Assembly (NCBI GenBank): GCA_030141605.1
Contig: JAQGDQ010000077.1
Span: 1 to 64,000 of the forward strand
Direction: 5' to 3'
DNA length: 64,000 nucleotides
DNA from: Tubiluchus corallicola
Lineage: Eukaryota > Animalia > Priapulida
In this document: positions 13,301 through 24,957 of the stretch, one piece after another
Numbering within the stretch: the first letter of the stretch is position 1
Layout: every line of letters starts with the position of its first letter
Notes under the pieces: generated by a model
What the model saw: only the letters and a program-made list of their open reading frames with translations
The model's database searches: none
Told to the model about the DNA's origin: nothing
Made by a program: the position numbers and the translations under genes

Positions 13301-16300
13301 GTGACGGCCCGCCAACTAGCAGTCAGCTTGTGAAACAACGAACTGTGTCCTAAGCATACGGTCCAGATTTTGCCCGATTTTTCCAATATCCGGATTAGTG
13401 GAAAAATCCTCATTTGGATCTTCCAACATGCAAGTGAGTCCCGTCAAAAAGAGATATGAATGTATATATGCAATATTCCAAGATGCGATTTGAAAACAAA
13501 TTCTCAACTCCACACCGTTTCGTTTTGCTGCCTTATCCACTGCACTACAAACACGCATTCAAAAAACCTTATGTAGTGCAAAAAGAGTTACGCGAATAAT
13601 AAAAACCGCAGAAATTCTTACTAAAGTTACTAACTGCTGCTCAACTGAAACTGGCAATTTTAAAAAAAATTCTTTATTTAAAAAACAATTTTCAAATTTA
13701 AAGTGAGTGCAGAAAAGAAGACATGTTCACTTTATTATGAGCAATCCCAGCAGAGCACGTGAAGCCAGTTTCCTGCAGAACTGCCGCTCTCATCTCTTCA
13801 ACAATCGTCGCTCCTACAGCCAAGATACGATCTGCATCATCAGCCATTGAATCTTGTTCATCGAATACGTGATGCAACCATGACGACAACATCTTCATCC
13901 TTCTTTCTAGAGCAAAAGAATTTTATAGTAAAAAGACCGCTGTTAAGTACGATCTTGGTTTAAACATAATTTATTAAAGGTTTCTAACATCTAGGTGTGA
14001 AACAGACAGTTTTACGACTGATATACGTTCTCCCCTAGTGGGAGCGAAATGCTAGATAGATGCAGGTCGATGGTGACCACAATGTACAAAAAATGTTGCA
14101 GTAAATATAAGCATTAATATGTAACAAGAATAACAAACTTAATACTATTTAAAGCGCTTGGTATTTGAGATAGAAGACCGTACTAAAACAAAAATTTGAG
14201 TGTTCACAGAATTATCTAAGGTATGGTTCGCGTGCAGGAACAAACGTACAAGTTCATTTGATGCAAGACTGTAAACATTGATGTTAAAAACTGACAAAAG
14301 AGTGCAGAGATTTGTAAATAAGTCGTGTCTGGCCTGGTGGTAAAGAGAGCAGCTAATTAAGTAATAACCGACTGTTTCATAAGTAGAACCACATTGACAA
14401 TTGGGTGATACTAGCGACACATCGTAATTTTTACATTTTCTGAAGTATAAATTATAATTAAGTTGACAAAAACCAACTCTCATTCTAGTATGGTGTACAG
14501 ATGAATTTCGAGTAGCACTTGAAAAGTGAGTAGGCCGCTTATTAAAACACGTGTGACTCTTCGGTCGAGATTTAAAGATGTTTAAAGAGTTAGAGTTACG
14601 GATATCAAGAGGTAAATTATTCCAGCACTTAACCGAGGCAAGAAAAAAAGAATTAGCAAAAGCCGTTGAGTGGCAAGTACGATCTTGGTCAATGATTTTA
14701 ACAACGCCAGTCACTGTTTTACATATCTCCATATCTAGGCACATATTTTATATTTACCCATTAATATTATCAGCAAGAAAATTTAAGTTAAGTATATTTA
14801 TTTTTGTATAGCGTAGAATCCATATAGATATGTGTTTGAATGCTGAACATTAAAAATCCAAAAAGCTGATGCTAAAATGACGATTTAAAACATCTAAATG
14901 ATACAAAATTTTGCACAAAAAAATTTGGTAAAATCGAAATAAAAATATTGTTACAGGGGCAAAATGCTATTTATTTTCGACCCCCCTCTACATTGCGATG
15001 GTTTGATCCATTACGAAGCCATTGCGTATCAGCGTCGCATAGCAGCTACAAGTAGCTGGTACGGAATGGCCTCGTCGGTTCAGTGGGCTGACGGGCAGGT
15101 GCGTCTTCCATCTCAGCACCTGTTCCGTAACGACAATCGGCATGGAGCACGATGGGATAGACGTCTGGCATGTTATTTATTTCAGTAATTTTACTCTTAC
15201 TTCTGGTTTTTTACGTTTTCTTCTCAGCTATGCGACAATCTGCGAATCAGCAACCATCCGCTCTTCGTTACAATGTAGAGAAAACTCGTGATACAAAATA
15301 GTTAATCAAGCCGTTAAGAAATCGCTCACTCTGTTCATTTGAAACGTGAAAATAAGTATAAAACTCTACAGATTTCTGTCCCGGAAATAATAATAAAATT
15401 CATTTTGGCTAAAGACTTCAAAACTGTAATATTTCAAAAGAATAAGAAGTCAGAAGAATTAGAGGAATTAGATGCAAAAAATGTAACTAGCAATGACAAT
15501 GACAGCGGTCACAAAAATCGTAAAGCACAAGAAAACTCTCAACTTACAGAAAGCTTAAAAAATTGTCTTGAAATTTTATACCCCTTGCATACTGCCCTCT
15601 AGCACGCAGAGCTTGCATCGGCAATAACGCCGTATATAAAACTTGTAAATTTAAACTCAGGCAATGACCTTTAGGCGCTGCCATTTTAATGGTAGGTCAT
15701 TTGAAACAAGTTTTGATGTCATTGTGTGAAGTTTGAAAAAACAATCAGAGCATTCGTAGCACACATGTTACTAAGTAAAATTATAAAGATTATAAAAATC
15801 AGTAAGATTAAAAAAAAAAGTTTTTGGTTAGTGAGTGGCGCACCCTGGAGTGTGAGTCAGCGACAATTTACCAACTGGCACAAACATTTTAGATTAGTAC
15901 AGTGGCCGCCGCTATTGTGGACACCTCGGGCCAGCAGTGTATGTCCATATTAAGCAAAGTGACCCATGAAGACCCTTCCCCTTCATTAAAAAAGGCAAAA
16001 AACTGTCTGTATCAACTCGTCTCCTGTTTTATTGAAAAAAAGAAGTCAGACGAGTTTGTTTGGCAGGAAACTTTTCTCTCAACCTTGAACGGAAGGAAGT
16101 TATCACAGTTTCGAAGCTCTCAAGGCCACGGCAAACGGCGAACTGACTGATGCAATGACTCACACAGGCAGCAGAGCGGGAAGCTCTTTTCAATTACGCG
16201 CGCAGGCCGTGGTTGGCACGGCTGGTCACGTGCCAAGAATGTTCGCTGTCCATATTAAGCGGCGGTTGTCCATATTAACCGGCGGATTTTAGTAGGGGAA

Positions 16301-19300
16301 AATTCCGTCCCTCACGAGTTGTCCACAATAACCGGCTGTCCACAATAACCGTGTCCATAATAAGCGGCGGCCACTGTAGTCTAGTTACACAAGTCTTCCC
16401 AGCAGGTAAGCGAAATGCCAACTAAGATAGATTTGCAGGGAAAGTATTTTGGGACATAATTTAACATTTTCTTTCCTTCCCCTGATTTACGTTGTGCGTA
16501 CGTGACGTCATGTAATGGCGCCATCGGAACAGTATTGCGAGAAATTTAAAATGAAAACAAACAAAAAATCCTTTCAATAAATGCAAAAATTGCTGTAAAG
16601 TAGTATAATTTTAAAGCGATTTTTTCTGAAACCTACTTCAGCTACCCCTTTTCTTGTCCTTTAACACTTTTTGTACCAGCTGCTTTGATTGTCATTACGT
16701 TATTGCTATTTTCATTGCTTACATATTCAAATTTTCGGGGCATTCTACTCTGAAGCATCATAACGTAGTTTTAAATTTGCCAACTTATGTACGGTTTTGG
16801 TTTGCAAGCAATGACTTGTTTTGACGATAACAATTAAAGAATTCATTAGCATGTAGGACATGCGCAACAATTTAGACAAAACGCTTCATTGTAATGCCAT
16901 GTTTAAGGACTGTATTCTTAATGAATGAGATATGACTAAAATTACGTACGAGCTTCTTTTCAACTTAAACAAACTTTATTATCACAAAAAACTCTTTTTA
17001 ACGCATCAAAACCAACCTTCTTTTTCTTCCTTATCACTGAACGTTTTCTTGTTACCGTCAGATGTGCGCTTTGCTTCCCTACTCTCGTCTCCCGAACACG
17101 GAACATCCTCTTCTTCATCACCAGGCTTTTCGTCAATATCTTCTTCATCTTGATCGACCACATGGGTATTTTTCAGATCGTCAACTGTAACTCTGTTCCC
17201 AATTCTCTGGAAAATGCACTTGGTAAGTTTATGCTAAGATTTCAAGCTTTTGTTATTTCAAGATTCAAGCAAATACAGATTTGTCTGCTTGCGCAGCAAA
17301 ATCGTCCACAAGTCGGCTATTAAGCTCTTCTAGATATTCACACATCCCGAATCTCTATTTCATGAGGATCATTTTGATACCAAGCACTTTGCTCTATGTT
17401 ATTTCTAAGCTGAGATAATCCACATTGAAGTTGAGGTGCAGGCTGCACACTGAAAAACGTAACCTTGAGAAAATCACTGTAAAAGTTAGCCATTGTTTGT
17501 GTTTCGTTTCTACAGAACACTTAGCAGCCGTACAAATGTTGGTTGTTATAGATTTTACAAGAGCACATAGAAGTTACATTTAAATCCAGTAGATGGCTCT
17601 CCCTGGGTTTGGCAACAAAAAAAGCCCAAAGTAAAATGACTGCTTCTGCGAATCACTATCGATGTTTGAAAATACAAGTTTTTTACAATTGCAACACTAG
17701 GTTTTAGGCAGAAAAGTGAGTACGGAGTTACAAAATTAGATTCTTAGTATTTTTTAAACATTTTCCTCATGATTTGGCGCTAGAATATAAAAGTCCAATA
17801 TATTTACTTTAATAAAAAAGAAAAAAATTGACATTTGACCAAATTTTTGGTGCATTCTACTTTGAAGTGTTCATCTTAATGCAGTTTTAACTATGCCGAC
17901 TTACGGACAGTTTTGGTTTGCAAGAAGACATATAACAATAATAATAGTAAATATAATGAGGATGATAAATGTAACCATAGGAAAGTGGAAATTAAAACAA
18001 ATTAAGATGCCATATTAGGTATAACTAGCATATAATTACTTGCAATCTGGCTTGTACGACATCAGTAATGTCAAGAAATGCTTCGTCGACGCTAGCCCGC
18101 TCTACGCAATTACTAAATTCGCATAAAACTTGTAAAACTTCGGCTCCGGCTTCCCTGTATCTGAAACAACAATATTACTAATACAGGTAACAGCTTCACA
18201 TGTGACAGCGGAGCTACTGAGTTGAAAAAACTTTGGTAAGTCTGGCTGTATTCTGGAGTTCTTTCAACGTTATTTATTTTTCATTGTTAGCAGAGCAGTT
18301 TCAGACAGAGAGAAGCCAGAGCCAAAGTTTTACAAGTTTTGTGTGAATTTAGTAATTGCGTTAGACACAGAGAAGCCAGAGCCAAAGTTTTACAAGTTTT
18401 GTGCGAATTTAGTAATCGCGTTAGACACAGAGAAGCCAGAGCTGAAGTTTTACAAGTTCACAACATAGAAACAACATTGAAATACACTTCAGTAGTTAGG
18501 TAGCCAAAAGACATGATATATCTAGTATCATAGATAATTCAGATAGATAATATGGATAATTTATAGATAATATATAGAGATAATTTAATATAGATAATGT
18601 ATTAAATATATAGATGATTTATATAGATAAATATAAATAAATATATGTAGATAATTTAATGATTTACCTTGCACATTACATATCTTGATTGGTATGAAAC
18701 TGTGCTACACTCCATAAACAAATAAACAAACGTGTCAGTAGTAAGCAACAGAAAATAAGAACAGAAATCAACAGACTTGATACCAATAGTTCTGTTACTA
18801 TTAATGTATTTGTTTGTTTGTTTGTGGAGTGTAACATAGTTTCATACCAATCAAGATATGTAATCTGCAAGGTAAATTGTTAAAGTATCTATATAATGTT
18901 ATATCATATATCTTTCGGCTACCTAACTACTAAATTGTACTTCGATGTTGTTTTGTAAATTTTGGTAAACTTCTTTGTATTGAATGCGTTGACCTCTGTT
19001 CAAAACCCGTAAGCAGTAAATTTCATTCTGATGCTTGTACTTCATTCATTCATTCACATAGTAATATGCAAATTTTACCTGGTCAAATCTGCCTTCCCTC
19101 TAACTTCCGGAACGTGGACCAATCGTATCTCTGGACATTTTACTTTCGCCTCGTCGCCACGGATGTGTCGCGTTACTCCCCGTGCCCTGGCTTCGTAACC
19201 CACTGCTATAATTCTGCAAAGTGAAAAAACAAAAATTACAAGGTCTTCGGTGCATACGCATGTATTAAAACACAGGGCTTTGGTGCATACGTACGTATTC

Positions 19301-21734
19301 GAACACAAGGGCTCCGGTGCATACGTACGTATTCAAACACACGGGCTTTGGTGCATACGTACGTATTCGAACACAAGGGCTTCGGTGCATACGGACGTAT
19401 TCAAACACGCAGGCTTCAGTGCATACATACATATTCAAACACACGGCCTTCGGTGCACACGCACGTATTCAAACAGTGTTGGTTATAAAAAAGAACTGAA
19501 AACAAGAATGAGATGAGAAGAGTAAAGTGGCAGGGCCAGTTTCAAGCCAATTCGACAGATTTCTTCAAACCGGTCCCCGTGCCAAGAAGTGACCATCCCC
19601 AGGCGTGCCCAGAGCGTAGGATGCTATATGATGAAATAATGAGCGTCCAGTGCGCAAGAAGTTTCTTGACACTCTGAAGGCAGTGAAACTATTCAGTCTG
19701 ATATCGTATGTTTATGTTTCAATATTTTTTTACTGATTGTTTGTTAATTTGTTTTGTGATTTCAGTTTGTTGTCGCCATTTACTATACACCATTAGATTG
19801 TCACTGGATTTTAAGCGGACGATATTCAAACCCTCAAAACAGATTAAAACTTACACTCAACAATTACACAAGAGAGACTAAACAATTTGGCGATTGTATT
19901 TATATAGGTTTTACATGTCAAATGTAGACCGGCGTTAACTCAAATGTAGATTTAGGTAATTCAAATGTGTTAACAATGGTTTTCAAGAAATCTTAAGTGT
20001 TTTTGGTAAGTCAAATGTAGACACATGTCAAGTCAAATGTGACATTGGTATCTCAAACGTGGATAGGTGGTAACGTTTAAGGATGTTAAATTTAATCTTC
20101 TTTAATTTCAATTTAATAATTGCTACTAAGTTAAAATAACAACGTTGTAGGCCTACTAATAGATGCACTATCTTTGGTTTATCTTTTTCTAATTTGCACT
20201 TAAATAACTTAGTTACCGATTTATTCAAAGTAATGCATCTACATTTGACTTACCTAAGTCACATTTGAGTTACCAAAACACACTCGAAATTCCTATGCCT
20301 ACATTTGACTTACCTAAGTCACATATGAACTTTCCTGTATCTACATTTGACGTGTAAAACTTATAGAAAATTACTTCAAAAAAATCACAGACTCTGAAAT
20401 GACTATGAATGATTTCTCGTATAAAAAAGCCCAGAAAAGTCTCTTTTTAGGACCTATGCGCAAAACAGTATGTTAGTAATTACATCTTGATTTGTAACAA
20501 ACCATTAAAGTTTTCATATAAGCTTTCAATTTTTAGTACACCATTGTGCCTAATGGTGGAGCCTCAAGCTCTCAATGCTTTTTGGCTGAGACTGACCTAC
20601 TACATGAAGTATAAAACATCGGTCTTCATCTTTTGTAGGGCAGAACGCCCCAATAACAATTTCCTAACTGGGTCCCCTCACTTTGTACCGCTAGCTCTGT
20701 AAAGTGGTCACTGGCCAGTGAGTGTTTAGTGGTCACTGGCCAGTGAGTGTTTAGTGGTCATATTTAAAGGGGAAGAAAATGGAATTCTAAAGAATGTTCT
20801 CAAAAACTTTCTATACAAAGTTATATTACTTTGCATTACGCTCACCTGTTTGAACGAGTTAACTGGAAACGAAAATTATTACTAATTTAAAGTGTTGGCG
20901 TCAATTGGTAAGACGTCACTGGCTCACTATCCCAGTGTGCACGAAAAACATCACTGGTTCACCAAAAAGCATATGATTATTATTCTTATTGACAATGTAA
21001 ATTAATTTAAACTTTGCCTTAGTTAGTGAAAGGTGTCTTACACAAGCTCTGATTATTTTTTCAAACTTTACGCAGTGTTATTTAAAAACATTTATGCTTA
21101 AAACAACACAACTTTATTAGATCGATTGGTTCTCCAGGAAAAATGCTTCATTTACTGGACAAAACAGCATAAAACACTTAATAAATTTACTAAAAACGCA
21201 CAAAACCCAGAGATGACTTTGACACAAAAATGTGATCATTACAAAGCTTAAGAACCCCCCTTTATAGATCCGCTGGCTGTTTTTACCTGCAAATTCTCAT
21301 TGTAACAAAAATTAACGAATATCGTGTAGAAAGTGAAATTTCTCAATAGCCAGCAAGTTAATCAGGCACAACAATGAAACTTTTTATTTGTACTATTTGC
21401 AGCTGCATGGAATTAACAATTTATTTACATACTGCACAAACTTAAACATAAGAAGACAAAGTTTAACAGACTGTTCTACCAATCTTTTAAATAATTATGA
21501 ACTAAATGGTAATCAGTCCATCATTTTTTCCAATTGGTTGTCGGTTAATCAGAAAATTCCTCATCTGTGCACCTCTAATGCAGACGCCACTCAAGCAACT
21601 TACCCGCCTCCTTTCCACTGATTGTATTGCACGACGGCGCATGGTACCCCCTTCAAAGTTGGGTCCCTCCGTTGCTCTACCTGAACGTAGAAACAATCCA
21701 TGTCCACTAGGGCTACGACTCTTTGCTGGGCCAT
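3155..21734 (-). CDS. POLH: DNA polymerase eta (Y-family TLS polymerase), join of 21604-21734,19079-19213,18040-18160,17017-17206,13731-13906,12772-12875,10342-10461,9482-9605,7911-8149,3155-4313; 2499 nt, 832 aa
   Basis: All junctions are GT-AG and in frame. Motifs: VDMDCFYVQVE, AVGYEAR, ERASVDEAFLD, CSAGIAHNKMLAKLACGLNKPNAQT, NLGGKLG, PKSIGCGKNF, C-terminal UBZ, NLS and PIP box. Confidence 0.96.
4555..4850. repeat. Compound pentanucleotide microsatellite (TGTTA/TGTGG/TGTGA)
   Basis: Direct inspection. Confidence 0.9.
5098..5735. mobile_element. MITE family A copy 1 (~37-bp TIRs ATGTGxxCTTGCAxAxCAAAATCG...)
   Basis: Terminal inverted repeats; homologous copies at 17281 and 61142. Confidence 0.8.
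6012..6627. mobile_element. Family C non-autonomous element (TTAA-flanked, Kolobok-like)
   Basis: TTAA|ATGAAGACAGG ... CCAGTTTTGCT|TTAA; relatives at 43330, 44110, 47370, 53170 and 59496. Confidence 0.7.
7911..8149 (-). CDS. POLH: POLH coding exon 9 (little finger/PAD; VMYWLSQMCQELEERLIKDRDANKRLATSL...)
   Basis: WL..L..ELEERL..D...N.R.A motif, ACCAG acceptor, GTAAT donor. Confidence 0.93.
8341..8635. mobile_element. hAT (Charlie-like) MITE
   Basis: TIR CAGTGGTTCCCAAA, perfect 8-bp TSD CCTTAGTG. Confidence 0.9.
8641..8830. repeat. ~20-bp minisatellite TGTGAACAACCTTCCCTCTG
   Basis: About 9 units adjoining the hAT MITE. Confidence 0.9.
8939..9370. repeat. ~146-bp tandem repeat x3
   Basis: Units start near 8939, 9085 and 9230. 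Confidence 0.9.
9482..9605 (-). CDS. POLH: POLH coding exon 8 (NWLYSWCRGLDNEPVKDRQLPKSIGCGKNFNGNAALVTKEK)
   Basis: Translated by hand; RG.D.EPV..R..PKSIGC.KNF motif. Confidence 0.93.
9656..10103. mobile_element. Degenerate hAT-like MITE
   Basis: CAGCGGGGTGCCCAC / GTGGGAACCCTG ends with subterminal TTTCCCTGAC repeats; TSD unclear. Confidence 0.5.
10342..10461 (-). CDS. POLH: POLH coding exon 7 (RNLGGKLGHQLKEELGVSNMGDL..., thumb HhH)
   Basis: LGGKLG motif, AACAG acceptor, GTATG donor. Confidence 0.95.
10911..12750. repeat. ~1.8-kb compound pentamer array (AAAGT/AAAGC/AAGTC/AAGCC)
   Basis: Direct inspection. Confidence 0.97.
12772..12875 (-). CDS. POLH: POLH coding exon 6 (MLAKLACGLNKPNAQTILPQNKVEKLFERMPIKK)
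   Basis: LAKLA..NKP motif, GGCAG acceptor, GTAAG donor. Confidence 0.95.
13731..13906 (-). CDS. POLH: POLH coding exon 5 (...ILAVGATIVEEMRAAVLQETGFTCSAGIAHNK)
   Basis: Conserved Pol eta motif, splice sites in phase. Confidence 0.95.
14145..14700 (-). pseudogene. CR1/L2-type LINE ORF2 3' remnant
   Basis: NSFF...WNNLP..IR.S.SLNIFK, HTRMRVG..LN, CQCG..ET..YY..C. Confidence 0.75.
15522..16660. mobile_element. Family B non-autonomous element (Kolobok-like), interrupted by a Tigger-like MITE
   Basis: Ends AGCACAAGAAAA ... TTCTTGTCCT|TTAA; homologous to 38900, 42437 and 62963. Confidence 0.75.
15900..16376. mobile_element. Tc1/mariner (Tigger-like) MITE nested in family B
   Basis: TIR CAGTGGCCGCCGCT(T)ATTxTGGACAC, TA TSD. 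Confidence 0.9.
17017..17206 (-). CDS. POLH: POLH coding exon 4 (acidic palm insert RIGNRVTVDDLKNTHVVDQDEEDIDEK...KEEKE)
   Basis: TTCCAG acceptor and GTTGGT donor; phases match exons 3 and 5. Confidence 0.85.
17281..17931. mobile_element. MITE family A copy 2
   Basis: Full-length similarity to 5098-5735. Confidence 0.8.
18040..18160 (-). CDS. POLH: POLH coding exon 3 (YREAGAEVLQVLCEFSNCVERASVDEAFLDITDVVQARLQ), catalytic DE
   Basis: TTTCAG acceptor, GTAATT donor, SVDEA motif III. Confidence 0.95.
18298..18458 (+). repeat. 60-bp tandem repeat (~2.7 units) that is an inverted copy of the POLH exon 3 acceptor and 5' half
   Basis: Unit matches the reverse complement of ~18105-18164 at 53/60. 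Confidence 0.9.
18468..18954. mobile_element. Foldback/MITE-like element with long imperfect inverted arms
   Basis: Outer (AACAACATTGAAATACACTTCAGTAGTTAGGTAGCC) and inner (TTTACCTTGCACATTACATATCTTGATTGGTATGAAAC) arms pair with 18790-18954. Confidence 0.75.
19079..19213 (-). CDS. POLH: POLH coding exon 2 (IIAVGYEARARGVTRHIRGDEAKVKCPEIRLVHVPEVRGKADLTR)
   Basis: GCAG acceptor, GTAAAA donor, motif II. Confidence 0.95.
19246..19475. repeat. ~33-bp minisatellite (GGTGCATACGTACGTATTCxAACAC...)
   Basis: About 7 units. Confidence 0.85.
19531..20699. mobile_element. hAT non-autonomous element
   Basis: CAGGGCCAG / CTAGCTCTG ends, perfect 8-bp TSD TAAAGTGG. Confidence 0.7.
19903..20365. mobile_element. 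MITE nested in the hAT element
   Basis: TIR TATAxGTTTTACAxGTCAAATGTAGA and many subterminal TCAAATGT repeats in inverted orientation. Confidence 0.75.
21604..21734 (-). CDS. POLH: POLH coding exon 1 (MAQQRVVALVDMDCFYVQVEQRRDPTLKGVPCAVVQYNQWKGG)
   Basis: ATG at 21734, Y-family motif I, donor GTAAGT at 21603-21598. Not present in the supplied ORF track. Confidence 0.95.
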
Positions 21735-21879
21735 TGGTCAAGATCGACAGCATAAACTACAAAACTGAAAACATGGCAATATGATTAGAAAACAGCGCAA
21801 GCAAAAGCAGACGATGTTCCAAAATTTTGTGCTGACTCACCCACACTCGGTGACCACACTACTGACCCACATTCGGTGA

Positions 21880-22430
21880 TCACACTACTGATGCAAGTTC
21901 CAAAATAGGACAAACGACTCCTTAGTATACAGGGACTATAACATTAGCAGATCTTGAAATGACACAACGTTTGATCATATGACGAGTTCTAGGGTATAAT
22001 TCAGCTTAACGAGTAGATTGCTTTAACTTAATAGAAAAACACAACTTTATTAAAGTTTTGGCCCAACAAAAAAGGGTCAACTAAAACTCTGACAAAAAAC
22101 CACGCAATGCCTGAATTCTTTTGCATGATATCGCAATAAAAATATGCGTTGCTTACCGTAAAATGCGAAACAAAACACAACATCATACAAATTCGACAAT
22201 TTGCCCGAGCTATTATATGATTAACATGGGTGTTCCACTTTAGGTCGTTGCATACGTAGATGCCTAAATCATGTACAACAGATTTCTCCACTACGACTTC
22301 ATCACTAATATAATATGGTGTGTGAGATTTATTCCGCACACGTAATAAGCAACAATTACTTCTCTCAAGTTGCATCAACCATTCATTGCACCATTTTTCA
22401 ATTTCATTGACATCATTTTGTAAGATAATA
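21880..22430 (-). pseudogene. CR1/L2-type LINE RT remnant
   Basis: VHDLGIYVCNDLKWNTHVNHIIARAN and a degenerate LY..L.RPILE segment. Confidence 0.7.
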
Positions 22431-22440
22431 TTACTTTACT

Positions 22441-22549
<109 letters not shown>

Positions 22550-23339
22550 TCTTTATTTATCACCTTTTTTACAAGAAAAACACAGAGCATGAAACGATAA
22601 CATGATACAAAGTGACAAGATTATTAAATGAATAAATTATCTGAATTAATGATGTTCAAGTGACTGGTGAAAGCGTGGCGAAAAACTAAAAGTTATCAAA
22701 GTCAACCACCCTGTAAGTAATGTTGCTATTAGTAATACGCGCAATTATGTTGATGAAGATTTCAGAATAAGGTGTGTAAAACTATTGAGATTAAGTTTAA
22801 ATTTGAACATAAACATCATGGACATAAAGGCATAATAAATACATATAATGTTGATATTCTAAGCAATGTGTAGATTTACGCAGACAGAATTGCCTTACCT
22901 CTTAACTTTCATTTACATGTTAGTACTGAATATGGTACGTTTCCAATAAGGCATCTAGATAGTCACGAGGCCTCTATCTGCTATAAAATTACATTATAAT
23001 GAATAGTACTAATAGTCTTACAAGTGGACTTACTACTAGATTTTTAGAAAAACCGGGAGTATAACCCCAGATACCTTTAACTTATACTTTAGATATACTT
23101 ATGCTAGACAAGTGATACTGTTATACATTGTTAAGCAAATGATAGATTAAGGGTTAAACGACCTAGCACAATTGTGTGGTCGTCTCACACATTTCTACGG
23201 TGATTTCTGCAGAAGGCTAAAAACCCTGACCCACTTTTGAAAAGTTAATTAGAAATTAATTCAAAACGACATTATTCTTCTTCTTCTTCTTCTTCTTCTT
23301 CTTCTTCTTCTTCTTCTGTTCCTCTAAACATTTATTGTT

Positions 23340-24480
23340 GACACAGAGTCATTATCCTTTATTACTATTAGAGCACCTCATTGCGTTCTGTCCGCAGATA
23401 CCAATGTTAAGTGAAACAAAAACCTGGCCAATGATTTGTAGTGTAGACTATAATAAATTAATGTATTACAGTCATACCTCCGCTGTCGAACGTCGTACAG
23501 ATCACTTTTCGACCAGAAAATTCCAGCTGAAATTGTCTCTGCCTTCGACCAGAATTTCGGTACTCAACCAACCGCCAAACACGTCATAAACGCATGCGAG
23601 GCGAGCCGAGTAGAGCCCAGCGTAATCGACCGCGCCTGAGAGTAGTCATGCACAAGATTTGAATCGCCTAACATTGCTAAGTGCTTTCTCCGCTTTTTCA
23701 TGCAGGAATAATTATGTTTTTGTTTCAAAGTAATTCTATTACGTTTTTCTCATCAATTATATCAAGTATATTTCTTATCTACTATTTGAATAAACGTTTT
23801 TGCATTACTATATTTTGTTTTAGCAATACTTTACAGTTCATTTGGTACTTGAGAACGATTATTTGCTTTTACATTATTTCTTATGAAAATAAATGATTCG
23901 GTTCTCAACCAAATCGGTTTTCAATCACTTTTTAGGAACGAATTATGGTCGAAAACAGGGGTACTACTGTATCATCTCTTAGAGAACTCAAATGATGAAA
24001 GAATGGCAAAACAAGTTCTAAAAGTGCAAATAAATAATAACTTTAACAAATGTTGATATTCAGAAATCAAACATCATGAATAAATATAATATTGATATAA
24101 ATACACTGGATATAAATGTAATAACCAAATCTAGATGGAAAAGTATGTAAAGAAAGAAATTCATTTATTTATAGAAAGAGAACTTAGAACTAAAATAGAA
24201 ACTATGACAAAATTAAGATTTTTAAAAAACAGAACTTTCCACAGACAAATGTATGACGAAAAATGTAGGTTAGACGAAATGAAAGATATTATGTCGATTA
24301 GACTTAATATGATAGATGTTAAAGCAAATTTCAAAAATTTGTATAAAGGGGATCTTAAATGTTCTTTATGCCAGGAAGCAGAGCATACTACTGAGCATGT
24401 TTTTGAATGTAAAGCTGTGTATATCAATAAGTTGGGCCTACCTGTGCAAGATATAAGTGAATGGAACATAAATTAAATTA
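23340..24480 (+). pseudogene. Non-LTR retrotransposon 3' remnant with CCHC knuckle, interrupted by a MITE
   Basis: RLNMIDVKANFK...CSLCQEAEHTTEHVFEC, with stops and frameshifts upstream. Confidence 0.65.
23469..23969. mobile_element. Tigger-like MITE inserted in a LINE remnant
   Basis: TA|CAGTCATACCTC ... GGGGTACTACTG|TA; the LINE frame resumes across it. Confidence 0.7.
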
Positions 24481-24719
24481 CTATTACTAGGATGTACGTT
24501 AAGGAGCTGTTGAAACTGAAAATATAATTAAAGACGAATGAACAGTAAAGGCAAATTGACGTCAAAGATATTTGGTGTGATTTGTAAAGCAAATTGATCG
24601 TGTTGTTGATCTCACAAACAGACACTTTTTATTGCTGTCTGTTTGCTCGCCACTGGCGGTGAAGAGGATCGAGCGTATCCACGATAGATAAAGTTTTCAA
24701 TACCTGTGATGCTATTGAC

Positions 24720-24878
24720 AGTATTGTAATCTTTCTTAAACTTCATATACAGATTGTTTTTGGTTTGCCTGGAGGTCGTTTAGTAGGTTTCAGTGCCTTG
24801 TTTAATGCATTTCTTAATGGTGTTGTTTCTGGCAATCTCATTAAAATTCCTACCCACCTTAGTCTTCTGATCCTTCTT
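24720..24878 (-). pseudogene. RTE-like LINE 3' fragment
   Basis: RIRRLRWVGILMRLPETTP...KRPPGKPK. Confidence 0.55.
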
Positions 24879-24921
24879 TATTTTTAAGATTTTTTCAGTG
24901 ATTTTTAATTACATTACTTAC

Positions 24922-24957
24922 GACGATTACGTTCCACCGCCGCCATGAAGACACTCG
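24922..24957 (-). other. POLH: Candidate 5'-UTR exon of POLH
   Basis: Minus strand CATGGCGGCGG (YY1-like) followed by GTAAGT donor at 24921-24916; a matching TTTCAG acceptor at 21766-21765 lies 30 nt before the ATG. Confidence 0.45.

Noticed and set aside
21506-21784. Plus-strand 92-aa ORF and other antisense ORFs over POLH and THAP exons
   Set aside because: Shadow frames of real exons on the opposite strand
24922-24946. MAAVERNR as an N-terminal coding extension of POLH
   Set aside because: Splicing to either acceptor (21764 or 21756) gives a stop or a frame different from the ATG at 21734; at most a uORF
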